Of a DNA stretch of 64,000 nt, positions 1-10,651 are shown one piece after another. The DNA comes from Iphione sp. A-MEVVRFRX5. Lineage: Eukaryota. The stretch lies in contig OZ320314.1 in assembly GCA_976226885.1 (NCBI GenBank), positions 67,518,001 through 67,582,000 of the forward strand. The letters are read 5' to 3'. The translations under genes and the position numbers were made by a program. Position 1 is the stretch's first letter; every line of letters starts with the position of its first letter. The notes beneath the pieces were generated by a model that did no database searches, was not told the origin of the DNA, and was given only the letters and a program-made list of their open reading frames with translations.

Positions 1-2588
1 ATTGGAATAGGCTTGACTTTATCATAGCATATCCTAAGTAATTTACGATTTCTCAACACTAGGAAATCCGAAGTCACTTCAGCCTTGCTATATTTTTTGA
101 AACCAAATGCAAGGTTTATGACTGTTTTGCGTATGCTCATTAACTTCTTAAAGGCCTTAGACTTTATGTTAGTATGTATAATACTACCGTATTCTATCAC
201 TGGAAGGATCATGGTCCTGGCTATTTGGACTGCGGTTTTTACGTCTAGTAGGTATCGTATTTTTCTGTAATAAATAACCCGAGACATGACCTTACGAGCT
301 AGTCTACCACAAGCCTCCGACATTGTTAACGCACTATCCAGAACGATTCCCAGGTATTCAAATTTGTCCACCATTTCAATCAACCCACTTCCAAACCTGA
401 TGTTGTCCCCCAGGGGCCTAGCCACCCCCCTTCTGTATGTAAAGTATAACCCCTTTGTTTTCGTGTTGTTTATCATGATTCGCGAGGTCTCCGCCCACAT
501 TTTGAACTTATGCCCTACAATACCTACTGAATCCATCAAGTCAACATCACTTTTCCCTTTAATAACCAGCGCGACGTCATCAGCGTACATGAAGCAGTCA
601 TAGCCCTCAAGGGCATTGGGCAAATCATTGATGAATACTAGGAAGAAAAGAGGCCCCAATATCGACCCCTGGGGGACACCACATGATATATTCCCTATTT
701 TTGAGTTAGTATTGTTGCAAGATACATATTGCGTCCTTTCACTCAGATAGTTTTCAATCCAGTTCAAATTTCTCCCTGATATGCCGATTTTTCCTAGTTT
801 ATATAATAACACAGAGTGATCCACCGAGTCGAATGCTTTTTTAAAATCGACAAAAATACCCAATACTTTCATGTTATTGTTCAAATTGTTATGAATATTG
901 TCTGTTAGTGACATTATTGCCGACTCGGTGGAACACCCCGGTCTGAAACCAAACTGGCTACAGTTCAGGAGTTGATGTTCATCAAGGTAGTCATAAATGC
1001 ACTTGTGCACTATCTTCTCCACGACTTTAGAAACAACGCTCAGAATGCTAATAGGCCTGTAATTACCTATTTCTTTCCGAGCTCCCCCTTTCCATAGGGG
1101 GACAACCCTGGCTATCTTCCACTCCAGTGGAATAAGGCCTGTGCGAAAACTACTGTTAAACAGTTCAACAAATAAATCCATTGAGTCTAACATAATACGT
1201 TTTAGGTGCCTAACTTGCAATTCTCCCACCCCGGAGGGCTTATTTTCTCGTAATTTTTTGACAATCCCAATTACCTGCTCCCGATTGGCATCGAAATTAT
1301 CGTCCATGGCCGTTCCTACTTGCTCTAACTCTAGATTCTCAATAGGGTGCTCCCCAACAGAACGCAGAATATTGGTACCTATATTCAGAAAGAACTCATT
1401 TATCTTATCTGGAACCTCCCTCCCCCTTACTTCTTCGCCTTCCAGGTTTAGTACAATGTCCCCACGTCTCTCTCTCCCAAGTCCTAGGTTTTTCTTTAGT
1501 GTGAACCAATATTTCCCACTGTCCCCTTGATTATCCCTTAGCTGACGAATGACATAATTTTTCTTCGCCAACCGGACTTGTTTATTTACCGACCTTCTCT
1601 TAACTCTATACTCCAACCAGGCTTCAGTACCCCCCTTAGTTCTTGCTATCTTGTATAGACGGTTTCTTTTCCTGATTTCCTCGAGCAAACCCTGTGTCAT
1701 CCAGCACTTCTGACTTCCTCTTACACGGACCCTCCTAAGTGGATTATATTCATCATATATAGTAAGCAGACATGATAGCATTGCTGTCCATTTTGCTTGG
1801 ACCCCCCACTGGTTGTTATTCAAGATGTCAAATCCTTCCTTTACACTTTCGAAAAAGTTCTCAGCATTCCTAATCTCCCGCCTTCTAATGTTGATGTATT
1901 CTTGCAGCGATTTCACCCGTTCAGCGATTTGACATATCACAGCTCTGTGGTCTGTGAAGGGGGCATCTACACAACTAACTTTTCCACAAATATTACTGAT
2001 ATTAGTAATAATTAGGTCTATCAGCGTTCTTGATCTAGGAGTAATCCTAGTCATGTCTCTCACCAATTGAACCGCACCCGCCCTTAAGATGAATTTCTCC
2101 AGAATGTCAAAATCCTTACTCACGCGGCTATAGTCAACATTAAGGTCCCCTAGTACAATAAACTTATGTGCAGCTACCCGGTTTTTCATAATAATACTGT
2201 TCAGCCTGGTAAATGCAACATCCAGACTTCCTCTTGGCGGTCTATAACATCCTACGATACGCATAGTTACATTATTATTGTTGTATGTTAGTGGCAATAT
2301 TTCAAAGATATGATCCGAACTCAGGTTTTTTTCATTGTAATCAATCATAGACGATAGGCTCGTTTTATAATACACTAGAATACCTCCGCCATGTGATCTT
2401 ACTCCTATCTCCCTATCTATTCGGATAAAAGTATATCCACTGATGCTAATCGCTGCATCAGGTATTTCTTTAGTTAACCACGTCTCGCCAACAAAACAAA
2501 TGTCAAAGTCATGCTGGGTCAAAAAGAGTACAAAATCGTCCCAATTTCTCAATAGGCTGCGTACATTGATATAGCTTAGCTTCAACAT
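1..2588 (-). CDS. LINE ORF2: APE-type endonuclease + reverse transcriptase (partial, runs off the window)
   Basis: ATG at 2588 gives MLKLSYINVRSLL..FDICFVGETWL..GYTFIRIDR..GGGILVY, then YRPP and GDLNVD (APE motifs). CGVPQGSILGPLFFLVFINDL..FMYADD at about 570-685 is in the same frame. It is absent from the ORF track, which is consistent with no stop before the edge (about 860 codons). Confidence 0.95.
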   Translation of the reverse strand, partial: MLKLSYINVRSLLRNWDDFVLFLTQHDFDICFVGETWLTKEIPDAAISISGYTFIRIDREIGVRSHGGGILVYYKTSLSSMIDYNEKNLSSDHIFEILPLTYNNNNVTMRIVGCYRPPRGSLDVAFTRLNSIIMKNRVAAHKFIVLGDLNVDYSRVSKDFDILEKFILRAGAVQLVRDMTRITPRSRTLIDLIITNISNICGKVSCVDAPFTDHRAVICQIAERVKSLQEYINIRRREIRNAENFFESVKEGFDILNNNQWGVQAKWTAMLSCLLTIYDEYNPLRRVRVRGSQKCWMTQGLLEEIRKRNRLYKIARTKGGTEAWLEYRVKRRSVNKQVRLAKKNYVIRQLRDNQGDSGKYWFTLKKNLGLGRERRGDIVLNLEGEEVRGREVPDKINEFFLNIGTNILRSVGEHPIENLELEQVGTAMDDNFDANREQVIGIVKKLRENKPSGVGELQVRHLKRIMLDSMDLFVELFNSSFRTGLIPLEWKIARVVPLWKGGARKEIGNYRPISILSVVSKVVEKIVHKCIYDYLDEHQLLNCSQFGFRPGCSTESAIMSLTDNIHNNLNNNMKVLGIFVDFKKAFDSVDHSVLLYKLGKIGISGRNLNWIENYLSERTQYVSCNNTNSKIGNISCGVPQGSILGPLFFLVFINDLPNALEGYDCFMYADDVALVIKGKSDVDLMDSVGIVGHKFKMWAETSRIMINNTKTKGLYFTYRRGVARPLGDNIRFGSGLIEMVDKFEYLGIVLDSALTMSEACGRLARKVMSRVIYYRKIRYLLDVKTAVQIARTMILPVIEYGSIIHTNIKSKAFKKLMSIRKTVINLAFGFKKYSKAEVTSDFLVLRNRKLLRICYDKVKPIP

Positions 2589-2755
2589 CGATGTAACTCA
2601 ACTTGCTTCCAGCAGTAATTTGTAAATGAGAAACAATGCATGTTCAATATGAGTACGACAAAATTACAACTAAATAGTTGAATAGGTTTAAGTGAGATTT
2701 TGAAAAGATCAATCTGTCATGGCGAGTTTGTGCTTCAGACACATTCACAAACACT

Positions 2756-3433
2756 CTAATTCAGTGTAGCCAGATACCGACCCATCAGTCGCGACAACAC
2801 CTTACTGTAGTGCCTTTTCAGATGAACACCATCCACAAGTCTACAATATTTATGACGATAGCGATGTTTATCTCGTTTGTGTACAATTGCGTAGATTGGG
2901 ATTGTGTACATGCCATGACAACTGTTTACATAACGAACCAACCAATTGAAGTATAGGACACAATCATTGATTATACGCTGAAAGACCATGCTGCTGCTAT
3001 GGCGTACCTGGAACGTGAATCTAGTCTGATTATAATCCTTGTACGACATTCCAAAAATTGAAGATATCGCTAGTTTTGTGCCTAGTAGGTTTAGTTCAAG
3101 CCGTGATCTCGACACGGTCATGTAACGAGTACAGACCATTCCCGTAGGTTTTCCAGGTTGCGAAGCTGCAAACTTATATAGTTTAGTGATATCAGCTATC
3201 CCTGCGAACACTAATAAATACTTGAAACGATAATGTTTGCATAATTCCACGCCTACCTTAAGGGCTGAACCCAGCCCTGCCCCTGGAATAACCATTACTG
3301 CTGATCGGAAGAACCGGTGTTCTGCAAAGTCATCGATTAGGTTCTTTCCATGGCTGTCCGTCACAACGAGAATGTCTGGAAAATTCCGGCACCCACCAGG
3401 AATTTGGAGAGAAGGTGTTCGCCGAGCGCTCAT
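2756..3433 (-). CDS. SGNH/GDSL-like esterase ORF of the LINE (225 aa)
   Basis: SGNH-like blocks: VVTDSHG (block I Ser), IPGAG (II), AGIAD (III) and DGVHL (block V DxxH). ATG start, intact, and located between ORF1 and ORF2. Confidence 0.75.
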   Translation of the reverse strand: MSARRTPSLQIPGGCRNFPDILVVTDSHGKNLIDDFAEHRFFRSAVMVIPGAGLGSALKVGVELCKHYRFKYLLVFAGIADITKLYKFAASQPGKPTGMVCTRYMTVSRSRLELNLLGTKLAISSIFGMSYKDYNQTRFTFQVRHSSSMVFQRIINDCVLYFNWLVRYVNSCHGMYTIPIYAIVHKRDKHRYRHKYCRLVDGVHLKRHYSKVLSRLMGRYLATLN

Positions 3434-3563
3434 CCCTTCAATTTGGCTGTCAAAGCAATTCTACAGGGAAAAATATAATAGGTTCACGACATATTTGTAA
3501 CATACCAATTCAAGTAAACTCACGTCACAAAAATTATAAATACATTACAACAAAGTATGCATC

Positions 3564-5585
3564 TTAATCTTTCCCCTGCAGTTCATTTCGGACCATGGTT
3601 AATAACCGCCCATAATGATTCTGACCTCTGTACCTGTACTTATCACCTTTGGGCGCATCGGGTGTAACACCTGAGCCCCAGTACGTGTCTTCCGATAGAA
3701 CCACAATTTTACAGTCACCAGTAGCAAATAAGTCATTTTTAGCTCGTTTATCCTGCAGAAACTTTTCTGTCAGAATGACCTGTAACACAGAAAGCTTTGT
3801 AGACTCCCAGTGATTTGTTACCGGCAGTTTCTCAATCAGCCTATCTATCTTCGTAACCGTTGTAGCCTTCTTGATATTGGCACCTATGCGGTCCTGTTTC
3901 GATTGCATGGCCGCTTCATAATAAAATGCATGAAGTGCAGATTTATAGTAAGCCCCGTGCCACATTAAACGCTCCTCATAGTCATGTGCTAGCCTTGAGC
4001 CCTTTGGGTCCAGGAAGTAGAGTTTTTGCTTACCGGCAGGTGACCCTGTTGACGATGTTGATAATGTAGGGGACGTCGCTGTTACCGGTAACACTGTTAA
4101 CCCTACCGTTTCACCGGTTATATTGGACACGTCCGCTGCTACCTCAGGTTGGCCACCTACGTGCGTGTCCTCAGTTGCATCCACTGCTACCCGTCTATCC
4201 AAAGTTGTAGCTGGAAGTTCGACAGCGCTGCCTTGAGTACGAGTGTCGTCACTCTTAGAAGTTTGGGACGACTCCTCGCCACGAGATTCGGACTCTGTAC
4301 TGACCACCGATGAGTCCGCCTCTGTGCTCACTACATGCTTCGGAGGGCTCACCACGTTGCCTGGTCCGTCTGCGGGTGCAGCAGAGGGCGTGGCCACAAC
4401 CGGTGTCCCACGGCCTGCCATTCTAACATTCCGCATGCACATACCCAGCGTGACCCCCTCCCGCATCGTACACCCGGTCAGCCGATCCGGTCGTCCCGCA
4501 CTTTGTGTTGTAGCCCTGTGCGCCGGACCTACGTCTCCCGCCAGACCCGCTTGCAGGCCTATGTCACCTTGCCCTGTTGCGTCATCGTCATCAGTGGAAA
4601 TATCCATCGAGTGACCACTCTCATCGCTTGATTGCAGGCTCACACCTCCTCGATCGGTATGATCGTGATTGGATTTAGCAGCAGCACCACTCGTTGATGC
4701 CACTTCACCTCGTTGACCTTGAGCTGATGTGGCCCAAGCATAACCACCTTTTAATCGTTCCGCCCTCTTATGTTTTGCCTGTTCCCTCTGAAGTGGCGTC
4801 CAGTCATTATTCACCCAGACGTTTTGACCTCGCAGCCTCCTTTTTGCATTCATAACTTGCTCTTTCACAGTTGTAGACATAAACTTCACGAATATGCCTC
4901 TCACACCTGATTTGTTCTTCCTAACTGTGCGAAAAGCATAATCGATGTCAGACTTTTTCAGGTCCACTTTGATCGATTTACATAAGTCAAGAACAGTTCG
5001 AACTACATTTTCGTTCTGCCTCTCTGCAAGCCCTTCAACATACACATTCTTTTTCTGCACCTGCCTTTCCAAAAATTCACATCTCCTCTGAATCGAGACC
5101 AGGTTTTTTCCACCACCAGTCAAACCAGCCACCTGGCCTTGAATAGTCGAGTTATTAGTTTCCAAACTCTTCAAGCGTTCATTCATTGATGTTACATCAT
5201 TTCTTAATTCACCAATATCATTTATATTTTGACCCACTCGATCGGATAACTCGCTAATATTGTTGTCACAAATTTTCAGGATCGAGTCAATTTTGCTATG
5301 CAGCTCCTGATCACGCGTCTTCGTAGACTCATCCCTCACCTGTAACTCATGTAGTATCCTGTCTAGAGCCTGCTTGATATCGCCCTCTCCTCTGCTACCC
5401 TCTCTTGTAAGATTGAGTCCCGTTAGTAAGTTATCAGTTACCTGCAACTTTGAATCACGTTCCAATGGGCTCACGTCCTTCCGTTTCTCACCAGGCTGTC
5501 CAGGGGCAATTGGGGTAGAATCATTTTGGTTGCCCGGCTCCCTTGACAATGGTTCACTTGGCAGTGTCGTTTCACTCGTAGCCAT
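3564..5585 (-). CDS. LINE ORF1 (about 673 aa): coiled coil + RRM-like domain + low-complexity linker + C-terminal NADAR/YbiA-like domain
   Basis: First ATG at 5585 (MATSET..). Heptad-rich segment LSDRVGQN..LKSLE, then NVYVEGL..IDYAFR..IFVKF..VWVNNDWT, typical of ORF1p RRM/CTD. The C-terminus WESTK..KFLQD..LFATGD..DTYWGSG..GQNHYGRLLTMVRNEL matches the NADAR (DUF1768) pattern. Confidence 0.88.
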   Translation of the reverse strand: MATSETTLPSEPLSREPGNQNDSTPIAPGQPGEKRKDVSPLERDSKLQVTDNLLTGLNLTREGSRGEGDIKQALDRILHELQVRDESTKTRDQELHSKIDSILKICDNNISELSDRVGQNINDIGELRNDVTSMNERLKSLETNNSTIQGQVAGLTGGGKNLVSIQRRCEFLERQVQKKNVYVEGLAERQNENVVRTVLDLCKSIKVDLKKSDIDYAFRTVRKNKSGVRGIFVKFMSTTVKEQVMNAKRRLRGQNVWVNNDWTPLQREQAKHKRAERLKGGYAWATSAQGQRGEVASTSGAAAKSNHDHTDRGGVSLQSSDESGHSMDISTDDDDATGQGDIGLQAGLAGDVGPAHRATTQSAGRPDRLTGCTMREGVTLGMCMRNVRMAGRGTPVVATPSAAPADGPGNVVSPPKHVVSTEADSSVVSTESESRGEESSQTSKSDDTRTQGSAVELPATTLDRRVAVDATEDTHVGGQPEVAADVSNITGETVGLTVLPVTATSPTLSTSSTGSPAGKQKLYFLDPKGSRLAHDYEERLMWHGAYYKSALHAFYYEAAMQSKQDRIGANIKKATTVTKIDRLIEKLPVTNHWESTKLSVLQVILTEKFLQDKRAKNDLFATGDCKIVVLSEDTYWGSGVTPDAPKGDKYRYRGQNHYGRLLTMVRNELQGKD

Positions 5586-6453
5586 ACTTGCCGATAGGCA
5601 GTGCCCGGTATTATTACATGCACTCACACACCGGTACCTAACACCAGCCTATTGTCGCTCACCTCTACCGATATACATCAGCCAAAACACCAGCAAAGTC
5701 TCGACTCACTTTAAATTCCGTGTAGTCAGTAGCTCCTCTTGTTTATCAACTCGTATGCACAGTTTCATTTGATTGTCGCCACCCAAGAGTCGGTAAATGG
5801 GAGAAAAGCACAGACCTCCGCGCTACAACCGCCTCAGTCCGCCATGACAGACCTCGTAACATGTGTAACATTTGTCTCCACGCATCATTTATACTTAATT
5901 TGTGGCTGATTTGATGGTGGTGGATAAAGCATTTGTAGGTAACCAATTTTAGAGATTAATTGCTACTCATAAAAACAAAGCATGAAGGCTGTCGCTTTCC
6001 GTTGGTAGTTGATTAGCCGATAGTTCCCGACATTGACTGATTACTGCAGTCTCAAGTGCACTTGTTTGGGGTAAGATCAATTACATCTATTGAATATATG
6101 ATGAATGTGATGAAGAGTGATTAAAAGGTGTGGGAAAATGAGAGTAAGCACAGCCGCACGATGAGATGAAGTGAATAAAAGAGCCAAGACTGTGCATGCA
6201 TGCGTGTTTTAACAATGGCCTTTGCACAAATTGAGCGGTTAATCTTAAAGTGTATGGGAGGATCTATTTATATGTTGTCACGCAGTGTCACAGCATGTCT
6301 CATGAAGAGCACCGTTCATTAATACCTGAATAATTTTGAATAGTGAAGCATCTTTTTACCTCTTGTATATGGTTATGGTGACTGTATTGGGACCTTAATA
6401 GATTTGCCCCAGAAGCCACAATCTAGAAAGCCCCCTGCCCGTTTCTGTTGCAG

Positions 6454-6864
6454 TAGTCGCCAGCAGTAAGAAGGTGTGTGACACGAAGAAGGAGCTAGTG
6501 GTTGGCGGTGGCTCGGGCTTCATCGCAAGCTCCGTCACCAAGACGGCCGGGCTGGGCTCGGTGCGCTGCCCGTGGGTCGTGCGCGCCCAGCCCGGCCAAC
6601 GTGTCTCCCTCAGCCTCTTCAACCTGTACCGCAGCACCGAAACCTTCCAGCTGCTGCCCGGATTCGAGAGCGCCGTGAGTAGGCCCGAGGTCTGCTACGA
6701 ATTCGCTGTTCTGCGGGACGGCGGTCACGTCAAGAGTCTGACCTCATGCGGAGGTGAGAGCAGGGTCAGTAACATCTACCTCTCCCGCTCCAGTCAAGTA
6801 CGAATCCAGTTCGTCAATCCGAACGTACTACAGACGCTGGGCACCTATCTACTTAAATATGAAG
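6454..6864 (+). CDS. Exon (phase 1-1) of a CUB-like/sushi-like/TM receptor: CUB-like domain
   Basis: ttgcag acceptor and G|gtgagt donor. The 411 nt are open: ..SGFIASS..GSVRCPWVVRAQPGQRVSLSLFNL..SQVRIQF..YLLKYE. Confidence 0.85.
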
Positions 6865-9800
6865 GTGAGTACGTTCGGTGGCTGATGTGCCATTCCCTTA
6901 GTTACGAGTGATAATTGAGGCAAAGTAATGACTATAAGATTTTCTGTTATATATATCTACTGTTATGTTGCGGTGACAAGTACTCGGTAATAATCAGCTC
7001 GAGTCAGCAAATTTATTTCGGAAGCTCTTGGAGAAAAGTAAACAACAATAAATGCTATGAATAAAAAACACCTGCCCCTCTTATACCAGCTTCCCAAACC
7101 CATTTCCCGTGCGACTTACAAGATCACCCACACGACCCTGGTCCGTATCTTACGATGGGTACACATGTATTTATAACATTCATGACAAGAGAATCGCTTT
7201 ATTTATTTACATACATGTGGGATCTATCACTTTAGCTGTAGAGGCTAATCAGCCAGAATTATACTCTCCTACTCCTATGAAGCATATGTGGTTACCTGTA
7301 TCCTCTTTTGTCCTCTCCCCAAATCATCAGTCAGCCCAACCATCATGGTGAATGGTTTCCGGATTCTTGGTTTAGTCGAAGACTGTTTGAGGATTAATCC
7401 GCTTGCCAGTTGTACTGCCCAAGTGGGTCAGGGGGAGCAGCTCTGGGTCACCACTATTGTCAACTTGGAGCAGCTCACGCAGATAGCATTACGACTCAGG
7501 CACCCCGTGTTCGACCTGCAGCGGCTCGATAAAGAACAATGCAATTTGTATCGAGGTCCGTGGCAGTCCACTGGGTCTTGACCTCGGAGACTGCTTCCGG
7601 ACAGTAGATCACAACTGACACAATGGTCCACCTTGTTTTGTCTCTGCTCCATTATCGTCAAAAGTGTCGTTTTATTGGTCATGGCTTGAGTCGCAGCGAG
7701 GCAGCATAGGCAGGCATGGCTTGCGCGCCTGCCATGTTTTGTACAGGACAGGAATCTGACTCGCAGTCATGCATAAGCTGATTAGTAACGGCGTCCAGAA
7801 ATGACGATTCTCCTTTCAGGCATGTTCTAAACAACTGCTCATGTGCACACGCAAGCATTAAATTCCAAATATTTTTATCGTCAGAAACTCAAGGCGTTGA
7901 CAGCCTTTATGGCAAATACACAATGTAGCTTGATCTTATTCTTCGGCGAGGTATTAGCAGACATGCCTATAAATCACAACCTTTTCTTTATCTGTTTACG
8001 CGTACTTTAGAACCTTCACGAGCCAAATGTACATGCACATCCTATTTATCTATTAGATACATGTACACCAATAAAAAATTATCATCTTTAGGATGAAAAT
8101 GGTCCATCAGATACCCTCCAATATCTTTACAACTCTGTTGATTTTGCTGTTGATATACGCGGCGTAGAGTCTATCTTTGTCAGACACGAAGTTAGATCCT
8201 TTAGTACCATCTTTCATGCACCTGCAAGAAATGATGAAGGGAGTACTATTCAAAGATATTCACTTTGATCGAAATGCGCTTTACTACATCAGAGACAGAT
8301 GAAAAGCCCATAGGTGCACCACTTTTATTCTGGACATAGTTCCGTGCAATTATACTCCATTGATCACATAATGCGTAATATTCAATTGACATTCTTTGTG
8401 TTTGTTGGCCAAAACCAGCACGACGACAAGTATATAGTAAAAATACACAGACTCATCTACATGTATATCTATGTACCGCAAAATCGCAATAAACCTTTAC
8501 GAGGCGTGGGCGAAGTATTAATCGGCATTATGCGGGTACGTGTTAGATACAGCACAAGGAAAGCACCGTATGTGAAGTTTTCCGTGGTAGGCATTAATGA
8601 GTCTAGGCTGAGCCAATCACAACCAAGGAATATTTCACATACAGTGCATTCCGAAGTGTTATACTCACCCCGTGCTGTGTCTTTTTGCTCACTCTCGGGT
8701 GTGATGTTGTACTTTAAATTAAACCAGTTACAATTCTAAAACAACTGTTTTGATATTTCCGATAAACATTCTATAGAAAACATGTGGAGAAATCCCATTA
8801 ATAACCTCTTTCTTTTATGAGTTGCATTAGATATAGTAAGATATCTGTGTACATGTCCCTGTCTAAAGCATCATAATTACTGTGTTGACCTACATCTTGC
8901 AAATATATGGGTTCATCTCTAGAAATAGTGCACTGCAAATGGGAAAGATGCCGTTGCGATAACATTACATCTTGTATCGAATTGCACCATGGTTATAATA
9001 TTTCAACTGTCACATGTACCTGCAGGCCATAGTAGCGTCTTCGGTTCCTAGACTAATCCCGCTGTACAGCCGTACACATGTTAGTTGTGCATTTTGGTAT
9101 CGCGACTAATAGATGGGTAAGGGTTTAGACCGAGTCAGTTGACTCGGATATTTGGAGGACAATATTAAGAGGCCATGTATATTTTCTCGATCGAAAGCGA
9201 TCTCGATCGAATGCGGATGACAGTAACATACCCTAGCAAGACGGAGCAGAGTTGGGGCACATTTGCAATACTCCAAGCAGGAAGACAGCTCCCCTAGGTA
9301 ATGTAAACAGTTATTGTCCACACATGGTACATTTAGATATATGTCGCTTTGTCTAATTATCACACATCTTCATTGGTAGTGAATGAAAAACGATGATCTA
9401 CTGTTTCTGCAGTTTAAGCCACTGCAATGACAATTTATAATTAACATTAATTTCTAGAAAGATTAATACCGCACTATCGCATATTTTACATACAAGTGCA
9501 CTACACTCAAAAACTGAAAAATCTGAAATCCAAACATAAATCTAAACAGTTTACATGTATACTGTAAATGAGGTTATATAGATATATTACTCAGATCCCA
9601 AATGCGAACGGTGATATTTTGAAAAAAAAAAGCATTCAACCTGTACTCAAAAATTGAATGCCAACGCTAGACAGAGCCAAGAGCCAACAGGGTGAATGAA
9701 GACAAAGCATCTCGTTGAAGTACTTGCACCTCTCTACTCCTCAGAGTACAAAGGCAACGCGTCTGATTGAAGTGTGGAAATGAATGTTTTCCCCAGTTTA

Positions 9801-10651
9801 TAGGTGACATTGGCATATGAATATGGGTTTATAATAGTTCAAGTCAATATCATGTTCATATCAAACTTTGTTTCAATTTTAGCTATCCATACAGAATATA
9901 GGCCACAATTCCTGAAGCCGAAAAATAAATCTGAATGAATTTGTTTGGAATGAAGCTCAGTTTTCGAATTTCATCTTTTTATGTACCCCAGTGATGGAGA
10001 AGGACCCTGCCTCCTACTAACAAGGCTATTTGTTGACTTGCTCGTGGTATATACCCTTGTACTGGTGGATGGCGAAAACCCCGAAAGACAAATGCTGTTC
10101 TACTCTAGAAAGGATTACCAAGTTAGCGTAGAGGAAAAAGGAAGCGAAAATATCTAAGACGAGGCTCAAACATGTAATAGGGAAATCGATGCTATGGTAC
10201 GACGATACACAAATGGGTGACTCCGATCATTAAATCATCTAAACCCAAAACATTTGTTTACCATGGCTGTAAATAATGGCTATCCATCTTCTTCACTAGA
10301 AGATTCTTTCATGTATATATGTATGTGTGTGTAATTTGTCCAATAACTAATGAATCTAATCATATAACAGGCCATCAAGAGGAAATTATGTGTAATGCAA
10401 TCTGGCCGAGTACTGCATAGGGGAAGGTATGTTTGATGTCTGTCTCTCTTTACACTATTGTTACAGCACAAGGCAGCGACCCTTGCGCTCAACCATCACC
10501 CCTCCCCAGCCCCACCCCCTTTGCTTCATCTCCTTTTTTATTGTTATGCGTACCCAATGCTGCCATTCTGATATGGAGTATTGGTTGCTTTTACCAGCGA
10601 TGGAGACGACATGCCGACATCTGTGCCTAACTTTGTATTTGTATACTGCAG

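Larger units (their letters stand above)
1..5850 (-). mobile_element. Non-LTR retrotransposon (CR1/L2-group LINE) with three ORFs; 3' end outside the window
   Basis: Minus-strand order is 5'UTR, ORF1 (3564-5585), esterase ORF (2756-3433), then EN-RT ORF2 (2588 to the edge). The 5' boundary of about 5850 is approximate, based on a GTCATGGCGGAC-like start and the return to AT-rich intronic DNA. No TSD can be checked. Confidence 0.9.

Noticed and set aside
85-2015. Plus-strand ORFs 85-270, 286-603, 1141-1530, 1797-2015
   Set aside because: Antisense shadows of the LINE ORF2.
4243-5772. Plus-strand ORFs overlapping LINE ORF1
   Set aside because: Antisense shadows in GC-rich coding DNA, with no motifs.
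7288-7682. Overlapping 84-97 aa ORFs in a GC-richer intronic patch
   Set aside because: No recognisable domain or convincing splice context in any frame.
9130-9147. Hairpin ccgagtca-gt-tgactcgg
   Set aside because: An isolated 8-bp stem, expected occasionally by chance in 64 kb.
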